A stretch of 64,000 nt of DNA from Felis catus (GCF_018350175.1 NC_058368.1:121770001-121834000); one strand, 5' to 3'; positions 25,396 to 39,559 are shown, counted from the stretch's first letter. Numbers and translations: made by a program. Notes: generated by a model not told the origin, from the sequence alone.

Positions 25396-28300
25396 TGTTT
25401 CACCTTTCAATATGATGTTAGTTGTGGGTTTTCCTATATGGCTTTTATTGTGTTTAGATATGTTCCCTCTAAACCTACTTTGTTGAGGGTTTTTTTTTTT
25501 TTAAATCTGAATGGATGTTGTACTTTGTCAAATGCATTTTCTGCATCTAATGAGGTCATCATGTTTTTATCCTTGGTTTTGTTAATGTCATGTATCACAT
25601 TGATTTGTGAGGGTTTTTTAAAATTAATTTATTTGATTTATTTTTTTTAAGTAATCTCTGCATCCAATGTGGGTGGAGCTTGAACTCACGACGCTCTATG
25701 GACTGACCAAGTCAGATGACCCTGATTGGTGAATTTTGAATCATTCTTGCATCCTTGGAATAAACCTCATTTTATCATGGTTTGTAACTTTTTTAAATGT
25801 ATTCTTGAATTCAGTTTGTTACAGTCTTTGATTTAAAGTCTATTTTGTCTTACATAAGTATGGCTACCCTATCTTTAGTTTAGCCTCACTTTGCATGATA
25901 AATGTTTTTCCATCCCCTCAATTTCAATCTTCATTTGTCTATGTCTGAAGTGAATCTCTTGTTGGCAGCATATGGATGAGTCTGTTTTTTTTTTAAACCT
26001 ATGTAGTCACACTTTGTTGTTTTATTGGAGCATTTAGTTCAGTTACGTTTAATGTAATTATTGATAGTTATGTACTTAATGCCATTTTGTTACTTATTTT
26101 ATAGTTGCTTTTGTAGTTCTGTTATTTTTTTCTTTTGCTCTCTTGCCTTGTGGTTTGATGGCTTTCTTTAGTGATAGGCTTTTTTTCTTTATTTTTTCCC
26201 ATATATGTTACAGATTTTTGATTTGTGGTTACCATTAAGTTTATATATAACATCCTTTGCATATAGCCGTCTATATTAAGTTGATGATTGCTCAAGTTTG
26301 AACCCATTGTAAAAGCATTAAATTTTCACTCCCTCCCCCAACCCCAGGTTTTATGTACATGATGTCATACTTTGCATCTTTTGTTTTCCTTTCTTTTTTT
26401 TAAAGTAAGCTCTATACCCAACGTGGGCCCTAAAGTCAGGATCCTGAGATCAAGAGTTGCATGCTCTAGTGAGTGAGCCAGCCAGGCACCCCATACTTTA
26501 CATCCTTTCATTTTGTGAATTCTTTGACTGATTTTTGTAGGCATAATTGATTTTATGCCTTTTGTCCTTTAATCCCTGTACTGGTTTTATAAGTGGTTAA
26601 TCTACTACTTTTATTATATTAGTATTTACCTGTGAAATTTTCCCTTTCCTTATTTTCTTATTCCTAATTCTGTTTTTTTTTTTTTTTCCTACTCAAAGAA
26701 TTCCCTTTAATGTTTCATGTAAGGTGGTTTGGTGGTAATGAACTCCTTCAGCTTCTATTTGAGGAACTCTATCTCTCCTTCTATTCTGAATGATTGCCTT
26801 GCTGACTAGAGTATTTTTGATTGCAGGTTTTTTTCATTTTGACACTTTGAATATATCATGACGCTTCCTTCTGGCCTGCAAAGTTTCTGTTGAAAACTAG
26901 CAGGTAGCCTTATAGGAGTTCTCTTGTATTTAACTATTCTTTCTCTTGCTGCTTTAAAAATTCCCTCTTTTTTACAACTTCTTGCCATTTTAGTTATTAC
27001 GTGTCTTCATGTGGTCCTCCTTGGGTTGATTTTTTGGGGGGCTTTCTGTGACTCCTTGATCTGGATGTCTGTTTCCTTCTCCAGATTAGGGACATTTTCA
27101 GCTATTATTTCTTCAAATCATTTTTGTGCCCCCTTTTCTCTCTCTTCTTCTAGGATCCCTATAATGTGAATGTTTTTCCACTTGATGATGTCACTGAATT
27201 CCCTCAACCTGTTCTCATTTTTTATTATTCTTTTTTCTTTTTGCTGTTCAGCTTGGTTGCTTTTCATTACTGTCTTCCAAACACTAATATGACTTTCTCC
27301 TTCCTTTAATCTACTATTGATTCCCTCTGGTTAGCGTTCTTAATCTTGGATTCTTTTTTATATTTTTTATCTTTTGTTTGAAGATCTCACTGACACCACT
27401 ATTTTTTCAAGACTGTATGTATCCTTGTGACTATTATTTGTATTCTCTATCAGAGAATGTTACTTATCTTCATTTTGTTTAGCTCCTTTGCTGTGATTTT
27501 GTCCTGTTCCTTTCATTTGAGACATAATCCTCTGTCTCCTCATTTTGTCTAACTCTGTTTTTGTTTCTATGTGTTAGAAATGTCAGCTATGTCTCCTGAT
27601 CTTGAAAGTACTGGCCTTATTAAGAAGAGATCTGGTAGTGCTCTGTAAGACAATGCCCCCTGTTGACCAAAACCAGCTACTTCAGTGGTGTCTCCTATGT
27701 GTGTTTCATGCACTCTATTGTTGTGGCTGAGCCACATTTGCCTTTGGTCTGGTCACCTGCAAAGGCTCTTTGCCTCTTGAGGGTTGTAATTTGATCCCTA
27801 TGCTGTCAAGGTGGCAGTCTGGGTCTCCTTGGGCTTATAGTTGGGTCAGACCAGGTGCTTGCCCTTAACCCATTTGTGGGGGCTGTGGTCACACCCACTG
27901 TATGACTCTCCCCTGCATTATCTCCTGAAAGGCTTTTGTTGGTGGGTGGGGCCTGCAATCAGACCAGATGTCTGCCTCCACCCTGCTGCTGTGGTTGCAG
28001 TAGGAACTGGTGTGTATGGTTACCTTCCTTTCTCCCCAGGGTAGGAGTCACTTTGGGGCACTGGTTGCTGTAATGGTTGCTTGTAGAATGAGTTATGTCG
28101 GGCATTGATTTGGAGGGGTTGGAGGGTGTTGATTGCAGGAGAATATGGGGGTGTGATATGGCATTAGCAAGCTAGGTAGAATGTTTCAGCTGGCTCTTGT
28201 AGGTATCTCCTTATCTAGGTTGTGGGGGTGGGGAGAATGGCACCTGACAACTCTTTTGTTCTTGGAGAAGGCTCCTAAAGATCCTTGACCTTCCAGCACA

Positions 28301-28850
28301 TGTTCCAAGATTAATAAATAAATATTTTTCCTGAATTCTCCAGGTGCTTTTAATACTACTGTTTCTATGCTCTATCTCAGTGGAGTTGTTTGTTATGCTG
28401 TCTTTTTCAGGGTAGAAACTCCATTTCCTATCTCCCTATAGCTCTTCCAGAGCCAAGCTGGCTGATTTTTAAAGTACCTGGAATTTAGTAAGCTCCATTG
28501 GTTGTATTAACTCAAGAAGTTAAGACCCACTGGTTTTCAAAGCCAAATACTATGGGGACTTGTCTTCCCAGTGCAGATTCCCTGTGTCTGGGGTGCCTGG
28601 TATGAGGTCTGTTCCTCTTCCTTCTCCATGCTTGTGGTGTCCTTCCCATTTGTGGTTAGTCTTGCTGGGAGTTTGGTTTCCAATAGAATCTCCACCTCTC
28701 ATACCATTTTCAATCTGGCCTTCTCTCCACAGTTAACTGTGGAGACTCTGTTCTGCCAGTCTTGCAGTTTTCTGGGTTAGTTGCCCTGATGTGGCTTTTA
28801 TCTAGATATATCCATGGGAGGAGGTAAGCTTGGACACCTGCGGCACCTTG

Positions 28851-28952
28851 GACAGCTGGGAGCCTGGCGCCTGCTTTGGATTCTGTGTCTCCTTCTCTCT
28901 TTGCCCCTTCCCACTCGCACTCTGTCTCTCTCTCCCTCAAAAATAAATAAAC
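28851..28952 (+). mobile_element. Headless, tailless SINE fragment inside the L1 5' end
   Basis: Near-identical to 30096-30193, including private variants. Confidence 0.85.
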
Positions 28953-29115
28953 TCGCTTAGTATCCTCCTACTTGGCCATCTTCCCAGGCTCCTCTATATC
29001 ATGCAAATATCTTTATTACAGAGACTATGTCCTTCCTACCTTATTTTATATTTTATTTTATTTTATTATTATTTTTAAGTAAGCCCAATGTGGGGCTTAA
29101 GCTCATGATCCATGA

Positions 29116-29330
29116 GGGGCGCCTGGGTGGTGCAGTCGGTTAAGCGTCCGACTTCAGCCAGGTCACGATCTCGCGGTCCGTGAGTTCGAGCCCCGCGTCA
29201 GGCTCTGGGCTGATGGCTCAGAGCCTGGAGCCTGTTTCTGATTCTGTGTCTCCCTCTCTCTCTGCCCCTCCCCCGTTCATGCTCTGTCTCTCTCTGTCCC
29301 AAAAATAAATAAACGTTGAAAAAAAAAAAT
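29116..29330 (+). mobile_element. Young SINEC_Fc-type SINE inserted into a short minus-strand tRNA-SINE (about 29075-29388)
   Basis: 17-bp TSD aa(g/a)ctcatgatccatga (29099-29115, 29332-29348). Confidence 0.95.
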
Positions 29331-29798
29331 TAAACTCATGATCCATGAGATCAAGAATTCTCTACCAACTGAGCCAGCCAGGTGCCCCTTATTACCGTTT
29401 TAATAAAATTGTAGTAAAGGTAAGGGATTATGCAGAAAAGAAAAAAAAAAAAAACCCACAACAATAACAACAAAAATCCCTCCAAACATGTGGATCTCCA
29501 TTTTGGAGTTAGATTGGTACATTTCATGAAATTCAAAGGTCTGAAAAATTCAAAGATCTAAAAGTTCCATACTTTTAGACATATATTTTTATACGAAAAG
29601 TTTGAGCAGGAAACTGTAGCTTATATGTATTTATTTATAAACTGTATGTCTTGTACTGATTCCATATAGGTCAAATATTAGTAAGGCACAAATGCCTGTT
29701 TTTTTTTTTTTTAACTAAAATAATATGTATTTCCATACTTCAATGGACCATTTTGGATTTTAGAGGGCATTGGTTCGGTTTAGAAGATAAGAGCTTCG

Positions 29799-30240
29799 GG
29801 ACACCTGGGTGACTCAATTGGTTAAGTGACTGACTTCAGCTCAGGTCATGATCTCACGGTCTGTGAGTTTGAGCCCTGTGTCGGGCTCTGTGCTGACAGC
29901 TCTGAACCTGGAGCCTGCTTTGGATTCTATGTCTCCCTCTCTCTCTGCCCCTCCCCCGCTCATGTTCTGTCTCTCTTTCAAAAATAAATAAACATTAAGG
30001 GGTGCCTGGGTGGCCCAGTTAGTTGGGCAACTGACTTCAGCTCAGGTCACAATCTCGTGGTTCACAAGTTTGAGCCCCGCACTGGGCTTTGTGCTGACAG
30101 CTGGGAGCCTGGCGCCTGCTTTGGATTCTGTGTCTCCCTCTCTCTCTGCCCCTTCCCACTCGCACTCTTTCTCTCCCTCAAAAATAAATAAACATTAAAA
30201 AAAATTAAAAAACATAAACATTACAAATATTGAAAAAAAA
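29799..30240 (+). mobile_element. Can-SINE with a second SINE (from about 29999) inserted in its tail
   Basis: Two heads; outer TSD agaagataagagctt (29782-29796, 30241-30255). Confidence 0.9.
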
Positions 30241-30683
30241 AGAAGATAAGAGCTTTAACAAAGAACCTCTGAATTTTGAAGAGTCTGAAAAACATCTCTC
30301 TAGCCTACCTTGACATCTGTAAATGGCCTTCAGATCATTTATGACCCTCCTTTGCAAAGTAGTGTATGTATAGTTATTTTTCTAGACTTTGGGTCATCAC
30401 TTGAATCAGATTCTCAAAGATTAGGATCTCCAGACAAACTTACTAATGTAGTCCAGCTGTTCCAAAAGACAGAAAAGAAGGAAATTTGCCAGAGTCAAGT
30501 AAATTCATAACTGAGGTGATAATTGCATTTACTGAATTCGTATTTCATTGCTTTTAAGTTTGCTCAGATCTCTCTTTTTCAGTCTCACTTTTGGGGGATT
30601 AGGTATTCATAAACTATATAACTATATAACACATTCTCTCAATTGTAAAGTGAGATTTCTTTGGATTTTTCAATGCTAGTAAT

Positions 30684-31345
30684 ACTTTATTGAGGAATAA
30701 TTTTCATAGAGTAAAATGCACAAATTTTAAATGTACTACTTGATGAATTTTGACAAATGAGTACATCTCAGTAATCATCACCCAGATTTAGATGCAGAAT
30801 TTTTCCATCACTTCAGAATCTTCACTTATTTGCCTTTGCAGGCACCCCCTCCTTTCCACTAGAGGCAATTGCTACTATGATACCTATCACTGGAAATGAT
30901 TTTGGCCTAGATTTGAATCGCATATAAATAGAAACATATGCTTTACACTTCTTTTTTTGGTGACTGATTTCTTTAACTCAATATAACGTTTTTGATCCTC
31001 AAATAGTTGCCTGTAGAAGTCCTTTTTTATTGTTGAGAAGTGTTCTCTTGTACAGATATTCCATAGTTCTTTTATTCTCTTGCTGGTGGATATTTGAATC
31101 ATTTTGTCTTTGGTTATTATGCATAATGATGCTGTGGACATTCACGTACATGTGTTTTTGTGAACATATATACTCATTTCTTTTAGGAATATACCCTGGA
31201 GTGAAATTTGTGAGTCAGTGGGTAGGTGTTAGTTAACTTGATTGGAAGCTGCCAAACTGTTTTTACAGTGATTGTACCGTTTTACTTTCCCACTGGAAAT
31301 ATGTGAGAGTTCCAATTACTCTGTATCCTTGACCACACTTGATTC
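30684..31345 (-). mobile_element. Old L1M 3' fragment
   Basis: actttattgaggaataatttt...aaaatgcacaaattttaaatgtac...ttgatgaattttgacaaatg. Confidence 0.75.
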
Positions 31346-32039
31346 TGTCTATGTTCAAAAAAATTCTTTTTTATTCTGGTGGGTATGTTGTCTTCTTCTC
31401 TTTACCTCCCTTTTAACACTTCTGAATTTGAGATGCTTTTTAGAATTAATATCAAAAGAAAGACATTTACCTGGCAGATGAATGAGTCATGACAGATCAG
31501 AATTGTCTCTGACTCCTCAAATTCAAACCTAGAGTGTACAGAAGGAATCTGTTCAATTGTAAGCTTGCTTGAGAGATTTGTTTGGTAGCACTATTTCGGG
31601 TAAATCTAAATTAAATGTGGCTATCTCTTTATTGGTGAAAATGTCTTAAAAAGATCAGACTATCCTGTAACATTGAAACAAAAGGTGTTTTATATACAGA
31701 TTGCCGCCCATTGCAACCAACGGCAGAACTTTCTAAATGCTTTGGAGTCCTTTATTGGAGTTTTCTCAGCTCAAAGAAGCAGGTATAATAGTTCATGTGC
31801 CTGAACTTCCTCTGACTGGGTTTTAGTTAGACTCCAGTGGCATGTATTTCAGTTAAGAAAACCATAAATAAGAGTTTAACTGAATAGGAAATGAAGATAA
31901 ACTTTACTGCTCTTTGATTTGCCTTGAAAGTATTTTTTAAGGTACACATGTACATGGTGTAAAATTCAAGTTTTGAAAGTAAATAGTAAAATATGTCCTT
32001 TATTTCTCTTCCTCGGGAGAGGCCACTCTTAGCAGTTTC

Positions 32040-32269
32040 TTTTTTCCTTTCTTTTTTTTTTTCAACGTTTATTTATTTATCTTTGGGACAGAGAGAGACA
32101 GAGCATGAACGGGGGAGGGGCAGAGAGAGAGGGAGACACAGAATCGGAAACAGGCTCCAGGCTCCGAGCCATCAGCCCAGAGCCTGACGCGGGGCTCGAA
32201 CTCACGGACCGCAAGATCGTGACCTGGCTGAAGTCGGACGCTTAACTGACTGCGCCACCCAGGCGCCCC
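32040..32269 (-). mobile_element. Young SINEC_Fc-type SINE
   Basis: TSD cagtttctt; CpGs intact. Confidence 0.95.
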
Positions 32270-34036
32270 ACAGTTTCTTGTGTGAACTTCAGGAGATGTT
32301 CTATACAAAAATAGGGAAATATGTCTATCTTCCCTTGCTCCTAGCTGGTCCCCCTCCTTTTCTTCTTTCTTTAAAGCAGACAAATGGAAACACAGGAGGC
32401 GTGCTGTTCCGTACTATGCTTTTCCTACTTCACAATATACTTGGATTTACTTTGAAATTTTACTCCTATTCCTGAAGTAGTAACAAAGGGGTCAAGAATA
32501 TAAATGTGGGTTAGCGCAAGCTAAGTGTTGCTACAAGATTGCCCAAGGCCAAAAGTGTTAACAGAAGAATCTTTATGAACAAGGCTAAGTCTCAAGCATT
32601 GCTTGAAGGGAATCAAGAAGGAAGAGCTGTCTTGTTTAATGAGTAAAAGTGTGCAGTTATTACTAAATTAGAAATCATGCAGGTTTCATATAATTTCTTT
32701 TTTAATTCCCTAAAATGTTACTTTGTTGGTGGGTTATCTCCTTCATTCTGAGGAAGATGGAATTCTAGGCATCTTTTCTTGGTTCTGGATCTGAATACTG
32801 TCTGTCTCTAGTGTCTAGGCCCTTTGGAAACTGGTCGAAGCTGTGGCCTTTTATCCCAGAAAATTCCATGTAGGTATAGATAAATTTGACTTTAACTTGA
32901 TAGGGGTCATAGAATCCCCAAAGCTAATTGGTCCAAATCTCTTGAAGCAGTCAGTTCTGATATAGCTGGGGAATAAAGGAAGATTGTGTTCATCAATTGT
33001 CCATCCCTCAGGATTGTTAGCACCGAGCCTATCATTTTTATTATGTTAGGAACTGTAGTAAATAAAAAAGCTGATGGAAACTTTTTGGGGGCAGAAGTTA
33101 GAATGTATAAACTTACAGATGATTTCCTTCCATCATTTCCTTTAAAATAATGGGTTTATGTTAGGCTACTTGGAAATTATATGCAAAAATATGGTTGTCA
33201 AGGACATGAGCTTTATGTCAGAATGACAGAGGACAAGGGAGTAAGATCTAAACTGTGTTCTGCCACTTACTTAGTATAGGACAATTGATACTTGTTAGCC
33301 TTTTAAATCTATAAAGTAAGGTTAACAGTGTACCTTTTGGCTTGGTGTGAGGGTTCCATGAGATAATGCATGAAGCACAGTGTCTGGTGTGAATAAGAGA
33401 TCACGTATTTTCTGTCAATTCTGCCCCAATGACTGAGATTCTTAATATTTCAGAATTGTATCAGATGAATCTCTATCTTATTCATGATTATTTTGAAAGA
33501 TAAGTGATCTAATCACCTTGAGACTAGCTGAGGAGTTCAAGATCATGATTGCCAAATGGCACAATTATAGTTAGAAACGTGCTTGGAGTTCCACTGGCCA
33601 CTGGGGGGAAATGGGTTTCATAGGGTTACTAGAAATGTTAAAGTTTATGGAACAGAATAATTACTGTAATAGTAACCTCAGCATCTTGTATTTATACATG
33701 TTGGTCTTCTCAAGCCTAAGAAGCTTTTTATTATTACTGTTAAACCAGTTAATGGGATCCCATTCATAAAAGCAAGCTGATAAACTGCCTAACTTTATAA
33801 AATACGCTTGTCCTTGGGTTGGTCTTATGATTCCTGAGAATTAAAAGAAAGCTTACAAGTATTCATATTCACTCAAGATTTGTTGAAAATAACCATGTTT
33901 CCCAAATTTGACACATTCTCCCTATCTTTCTTACTCCAAAGACAAAAGTCATCCTACAGTCATTTATTGTTTTTTAACCTAAACAGTGAATAGTTTAGCA
34001 GGGCTTCTGAACCTAAGTAGGATTTTGCCAAGCCTC

Positions 34037-34039
<3 letters not shown>

Positions 34040-34084
<45 letters not shown>
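34040..34084. repeat. (TG)n microsatellite
   Basis: Direct read. Confidence 0.95.
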
Positions 34085-34085
<1 letters not shown>

Positions 34086-35319
34086 ATGCCTGTGCGAATG
34101 CATTTTGTGTATGTTTCTGCATTTGTATTCTTTTCCAGTCATCTTGTGGCTCAGAAGAGAAAAGACACTAAGAATAAGGGCATGAGAAGTCCATTCATCA
34201 CTGGGGTCTGCTCTCCGCCTGACTAGTGGCTCCCCAGGGAGTCTTAACAAGGTGCTGCCGAGTCCAAGTTCTTCTCCCCTCCCCCAAACAATCCTGGGAA
34301 CACGATAATTTGAGGCTGTTCTGTCACCTTCACCCCCAGGCTTTGCAGGATCTCCCCTCCCCCATTCATCTCTGGGCCCATCAGGGATGTGGGCAAAGGA
34401 AGCATTAAAATGGATAGATTGATAGCCTTAAGATCACATCGATCTTCAAATGTGTTGAATATTATGTCAATTATTCATCACTCAGAGATATCATTGCAGG
34501 GAAAAATCATATTAGGAGGAGCCAGGAAAACTAAAGGTCATAAATTCCTACCCGGCATAGTTTCTGGCAGCTCTGGAATTCAGTGCCAGCTCTTCTGTGG
34601 GGGGTCTTGTTGGCCTGCAGGAGAGTTAGGCTTCTTTTTAGAGAGGTTTCTTTTCCAGCTTTACTTCCCACCAGCAAAGAGGCAACTTCCCATAACTGGA
34701 GAAGGGCTGGATAACTCTATAAATATAATCCTCCTAAGCTTCTTTTGAATTCTGACTCCACCAAGACTCTGATATGTTAGAAAAATGAGATTTTTCTCTC
34801 TGTTGACTCCTCAGTAAAGCATTTGCTCTACTCTTAGATGCTATCAATAATGGGTGTCTGAGAAGGTGGCAAATGCCACAGGTAAATAGGAATCCACATA
34901 ACATAGAGAGCAGGGGACAGAGAGAATGTGAGGGTTCAAGGACTCTGCCACTAGGCTATGATATGATTCAACATTTCCAAAGACTCATTTTGTGAGTTTA
35001 GGGATCACACCAAGTTCAGATTAAATTAGATAAGCTAACTCCCATAATTACAAATCCCCCAACCTCATGAAGCTGCCATTCCTTGATGCCATGTTTTGTG
35101 AAAGGTCCACTAAGTCATTCTGCAGAGTCTCTGAAGATTCCTGGGGTGACGCATTTATGCCTGTGTAGGGGTCTATGCTGTGCACACCTTCTCCTGGAGG
35201 CACTGCTCCCCATTGCCAACCTCGTTCCCACCACTAGATACAAATCCCTCATTTCACTCTCTCAGAGAAATACCAACACAGCGACCATCCTTCCAGTCTA
35301 TTTCCACTCAGTAGATACT

Positions 35320-36080
35320 CCTTGAGTTCCTAGAAGGTGCTATGGAGCAGCAGTTGTGAGCAAGATGAGTGGCTTTGCTCGCTGGAGCCTACATCCCAGG
35401 GGGAATGATGTGCCAAAAGTGAGTCACCAGAAAGTGCACAGGGAATTCAGGTAGTAACAGGTGCTGAGAAGGTGATGGAGAGTGCAGTGGGATATGAGCT
35501 CAAGGAAGGCCCCTTTAAGGAGATGGGAGAAAAGCTACAACCTGAGGTATAGGAGGGAGCTGGTTTAGTGGGCACTTCAGGGAACATTGTTCAGGCAGAG
35601 GGGGCTGCAGGTTTGAGCCTGACATGAGCAAAACAGGTGGACATTTTAGAAACAGAAAGGAAGACTGTGTGACGGGAAAGTGCGATCTGAGATGATAAGA
35701 GCAGTAGGCAGGTCTAGAACTTGGAGGCCATATTAAGGAATTTGAATTGCATTTAGTACATCTGGAGGATTTTAAGGAGAGCATGGCATATTTTTATTTG
35801 TGGTTGTGGTGGGGAGGTCACTCCAGTAGCTATGTGTGGAATAGATTGTGAGGCAGGGATGTGTTACGGAAGAGTAGTTATAGGCTCTGTGGTAGGTGAG
35901 GCAGGAGATGATTGTGGCTTGGAGAAGGGTAGTATCAGTGGGGAGGTGTCAGTAAATAAATGGGCTCAGGAGCTACTCTGGTGACTCTGGAATTTGGTAC
36001 CAGTTCCTGTGAATATTGAGAGACTCTACCGATGGACTGAATGTGAGCAAGGGTCCAGTGAGGGAGAGAGAGGATGACTC
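35320..36080. mobile_element. L2 relic
   Basis: gggaacattgttcaggcagaggg...gatctgagatg...ggccatattaaggaatttgaa...gaggatgactctgaag. Confidence 0.6.
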
Positions 36081-37506
36081 TGAAGTGTTTTGTAGGGTTT
36101 AGGTTTTGGCTGTTCCCAAGCCTACAAAAAAAAAAGCAATTTTGGCTCACAAAATGGATCAGTCTTTCCCTGCCTGGGGGAGTTTTTCACTGGTTATGTG
36201 TATGTATAGACCCTGGCCTCCTGTCCCTCTCTTCCTTCTCCCTGGTTTTCTCCTTCTCTCTCTGTGTGTGCTCTGTTCTGAGGGCTGAAATATTTTTGAG
36301 CAGAAGGTGACATTATTTAGAGCTTTTTATAGATAGTCTACTGAGCGCCCAAACCTGTACTAATCCCTATAGAAATGTGGAAAGGCTTCTGAAGGCCGTT
36401 ATTATGCTTATATCCATTATGCTAATGCCCCTTGGAAGAACAACTCCTCCTCTTTGCCACCAGGACTTTCTCTGAGGGACTTGTGTTTCCTTGGACACAG
36501 TGCTGGTTTTGCATAACACATGCTGATTAGGAGCTCTAGGCTCAGTTTCTTGGCTCTGCCACCACTTGGTTTTGTGAGCTGGAGCAAGCTGCTTCACATC
36601 TTGAAAGTTTACTTTCATATCTGTAAAACAGGAAACCCCCTTCCTAGGGCACTGAGGAAGATTTTAGAAGACACTATATAGGACCTGGCAGATTCACGCT
36701 CAGTACAAAGGAAATTAGCTGGTTACTGCTGCTGTTATTCCTACTATTTTTATTGACTTGAATAAAGAAGTCCTGGACCCATTATAATGAAACACCAAAT
36801 GCTGGATTCTAATATTTTGCCGTGTTCAGCTGGCCATAGAATCAGAGATGACAAGGACTTGAGACAACATTTTCCTCAGTCCCTTGATGTAACTAGACAG
36901 ACACATTTGAAAGATCCTTTGATTTCTTGAGGCTGCATCCTTCTCAGAGGGTGTTTTGAGTCATACGAGCCATGCAAGGATCTGCTCAGAGACTTCATGG
37001 CCCAATAGGCAAGACATATTGCGTGTGACATTTGCTTCTTGTAGATTCATAAACTGCATAATAAAGGCTCTGAGTCCTGTAATCAAGAAATCTGCCAGTC
37101 CTTGTTTATTACAGCACTTCCCACTTTAGGCTTTGACTACAAAAATCTTTCTTCCATAAGCCAGTTCATCCTGTAGAATGTGTTCCTTCTTAGTGCACCC
37201 TTGGAGACATTAGTTCAGCGAAAGGAAGCCACATTTCAAACAGGTTTGGTTTGCTGAGACATTTCGAAGAAGCAGAAATGTCAGCAACCTCTCCTGCCTA
37301 GAGCCTGGTGCCGAGAGACAATTAGTGTTTGAGGATCGCTCCTCCCCTTCCTCAGCAGCACCTGGGTCCCCTAAGACTTCAAACATCTACTTACCTGGGA
37401 CATGGTCATTCTCATCAAGCTCTGAACAGCAGGGATTTTAGGAAAAAGAACCCCTTGGGACTCGAGAAATTTTGCAAATGAGGAGGCACCATCTGCCCAT
37501 GAAGGT

Positions 37507-38205
37507 TGTGAAAATACCAGAAACCTCATTTAAAATGAAGCTGGGGAGCCCTGGAGGGAGCTCTGAAGCACATACCACTCTTTGCAGCCTGCACAACTAG
37601 CAGGAGGAGAGAAGGTCACTCTTACATTGACAAGGAAGGATATCTTTCACATGTGAACTTCGTCTCCTGCTCTTAGGAAAAAGAAGGAAGATCCCTCCCT
37701 GCCCGGTAACTACACACTAACCACTGCTTGCAGCCAAATGAGAAACCACCACAACCTCCAAGTCTTGTTCTTCTCCAGTAAACTTTGGCTTAAACTCTCT
37801 AGTTTCCTCCTGAAACCTCAAAAAAATCTGACCTTCATTTGTCTCTTCGGACTTGGCTATTGTTCACCATAGCGTGCATGCCCCAAACTGCAATTCCTTT
37901 GCTGCCAAGTAAACTCATTTTGCTAATAAAATAACTGGCTGTTTTATTTATGTTATTTTATTTTTTAATGCTTATTTTGTTATTTTTGAGAGAGACAGTG
38001 CGAGTGGGGGAGGGGCAGAGAGAGAGAGAGAGAGAGAGAGGGAGACACAGAAACTGAAGGCAGGCTCCATTCTGAGCTGTCAGCACAGAGCCCGATGTGG
38101 GGCTTGACTTCACAAACTGTGAGATCGTGACCCGAGCCGAAGTCAGATGCTTAACTGACTGAGCCACCCAGGCGCTCTTTGGCTATTTTATTTTTAAGGT
38201 AGACA
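37507..38205 (+). mobile_element. Solo ERV1-type LTR (MER34/CarLTR-like) interrupted by a SINE
   Basis: TG...CA ends (tgtgaaaatacc...aaggtagaca), flanks aggt/gggt, 3' motif ttgctaataaaataactggct. Confidence 0.65.
37950..38177 (-). mobile_element. Can-SINE inside the solo LTR
   Basis: TSD tggct(g/a)ttttattt. Confidence 0.9.
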
Positions 38206-38401
38206 GGGTTGATTGGTGAACTTCAGATCTAAATGAATTGCACTTCATCCTGCACCCTTCTTGTATTCTCCCACCCTGGTCCTGGAGAAATTTGTCCTCT
38301 GAATCAGCATGTGGTTGGGAGGTGGGGGCTGGGGGGAAGTTTGGATGGAGCTGAAAAATAAGACCAAAAACTGTGGAAATAGGATAAAAAATGGAATTTC
38401 C

Positions 38402-38612
38402 TTTTTTTTTTAGTTGATTTATTTTGAGAGAGACAGAGAGAGAGAGCGAGTTGGGGAGGGGCAGAGAGAGAGAGAGGGAGAGAGAGGATCCCAAGCAGGC
38501 TCCGCACTGCCAGTGCAGAGCCTGACGTGGGACTCAATCTCAGGAAGTGTGAGATGATGACCTGAGCTGAAATCAAGAGTCAGACGCCTAACTGAACTGA
38601 GCCACCAGGTGT
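38402..38612 (-). mobile_element. Can-SINE
   Basis: TSD tggaatttccttttt. Confidence 0.9.
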
Positions 38613-39559
38613 TCTGGAATTTCCTTTTTAAAAAACAAAACTCAAAGAATAGTTTGAGAGAGAAACAAAAAAAACTGTCTTGATAATAATGATCTGGCAG
38701 ATTGGGTGTCACTTTCTTGTTTTCTTAGAGAACTTCCCTTGGAGTTTTTGTTTCATAGCACGGCAGCAGGAAAGAGGCTAATACCCCAGGAAAGGATCCT
38801 TGTTCATTCTCATTAGTTTACCAACAAGAGAGGTCTTGCGATGCAGGAAATTCTTTCTTTTTCTCTTCTCACTGCATGGATATATTGTGAGTCAGTAATG
38901 TAGAACAGGCAAGAGAGGGTCATCCCAGTGACCCTTGAAGCCCTTGAAGCTAATGTCCCATTAAGGAAGGTAGAGGGACCTGATACCTCCAGAAGCATCA
39001 TTTACTTTTGCTTCATGAGGTCTTAGAGTGAATGTCAAATATTTGAGCTTGAGGGCACAAGAATTTAAATCACGGGTGATTAATCCAAAGGCTTTTCAGC
39101 TTTTCAGCTTTCTAGAAAGCACACTTAAAAATTCATGAGCTTATGTTGTAGTATTTTCCATATGACATTGTAATTTTGTGTTAGGATTTTACAAGCAGTA
39201 ATCAAGTTGGCTTGATTGGTTGGTACCTTGTGGTTGGTCAGGGCATTGGGAGAGCGTGTAAGGGAGCCTACAAGGCTCTGGAAGCTTAGAGAAGGAGAGA
39301 CAACCAGGTTCTGGAGTAGACTGGGACTGCTTCATTGAGAAGAATATGCTTGAACTAAAGAATTATTTCTGATTACCTTAAACAATTTTGAAAAATAAAT
39401 ATATATACATGGTAAAAATTTAAATACTATGAATAGGTAATCTGTAAAAAAATAATGTCTTCTCTAGGACCCCAGTACCTCAGTTTTCTTTCCTAGAGGT
39501 AGCTAGTTTCAGAGGTATTATAAGCATATAAATGCATATATATGTAGGATTTCTTCTCT

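Larger units (their letters stand above)
23385..28985 (-). mobile_element. Degenerate carnivore L1 running from 5'UTR through ORF1 into ORF2, with large internal deletions and several SINE insertions
   Basis: ORF2 remnants (23398-24340), ORF1 remnant (26806-26988, KAARER..YK.TPIRL), 5' end ...cctacttggccatcttcc. Confidence 0.9.
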
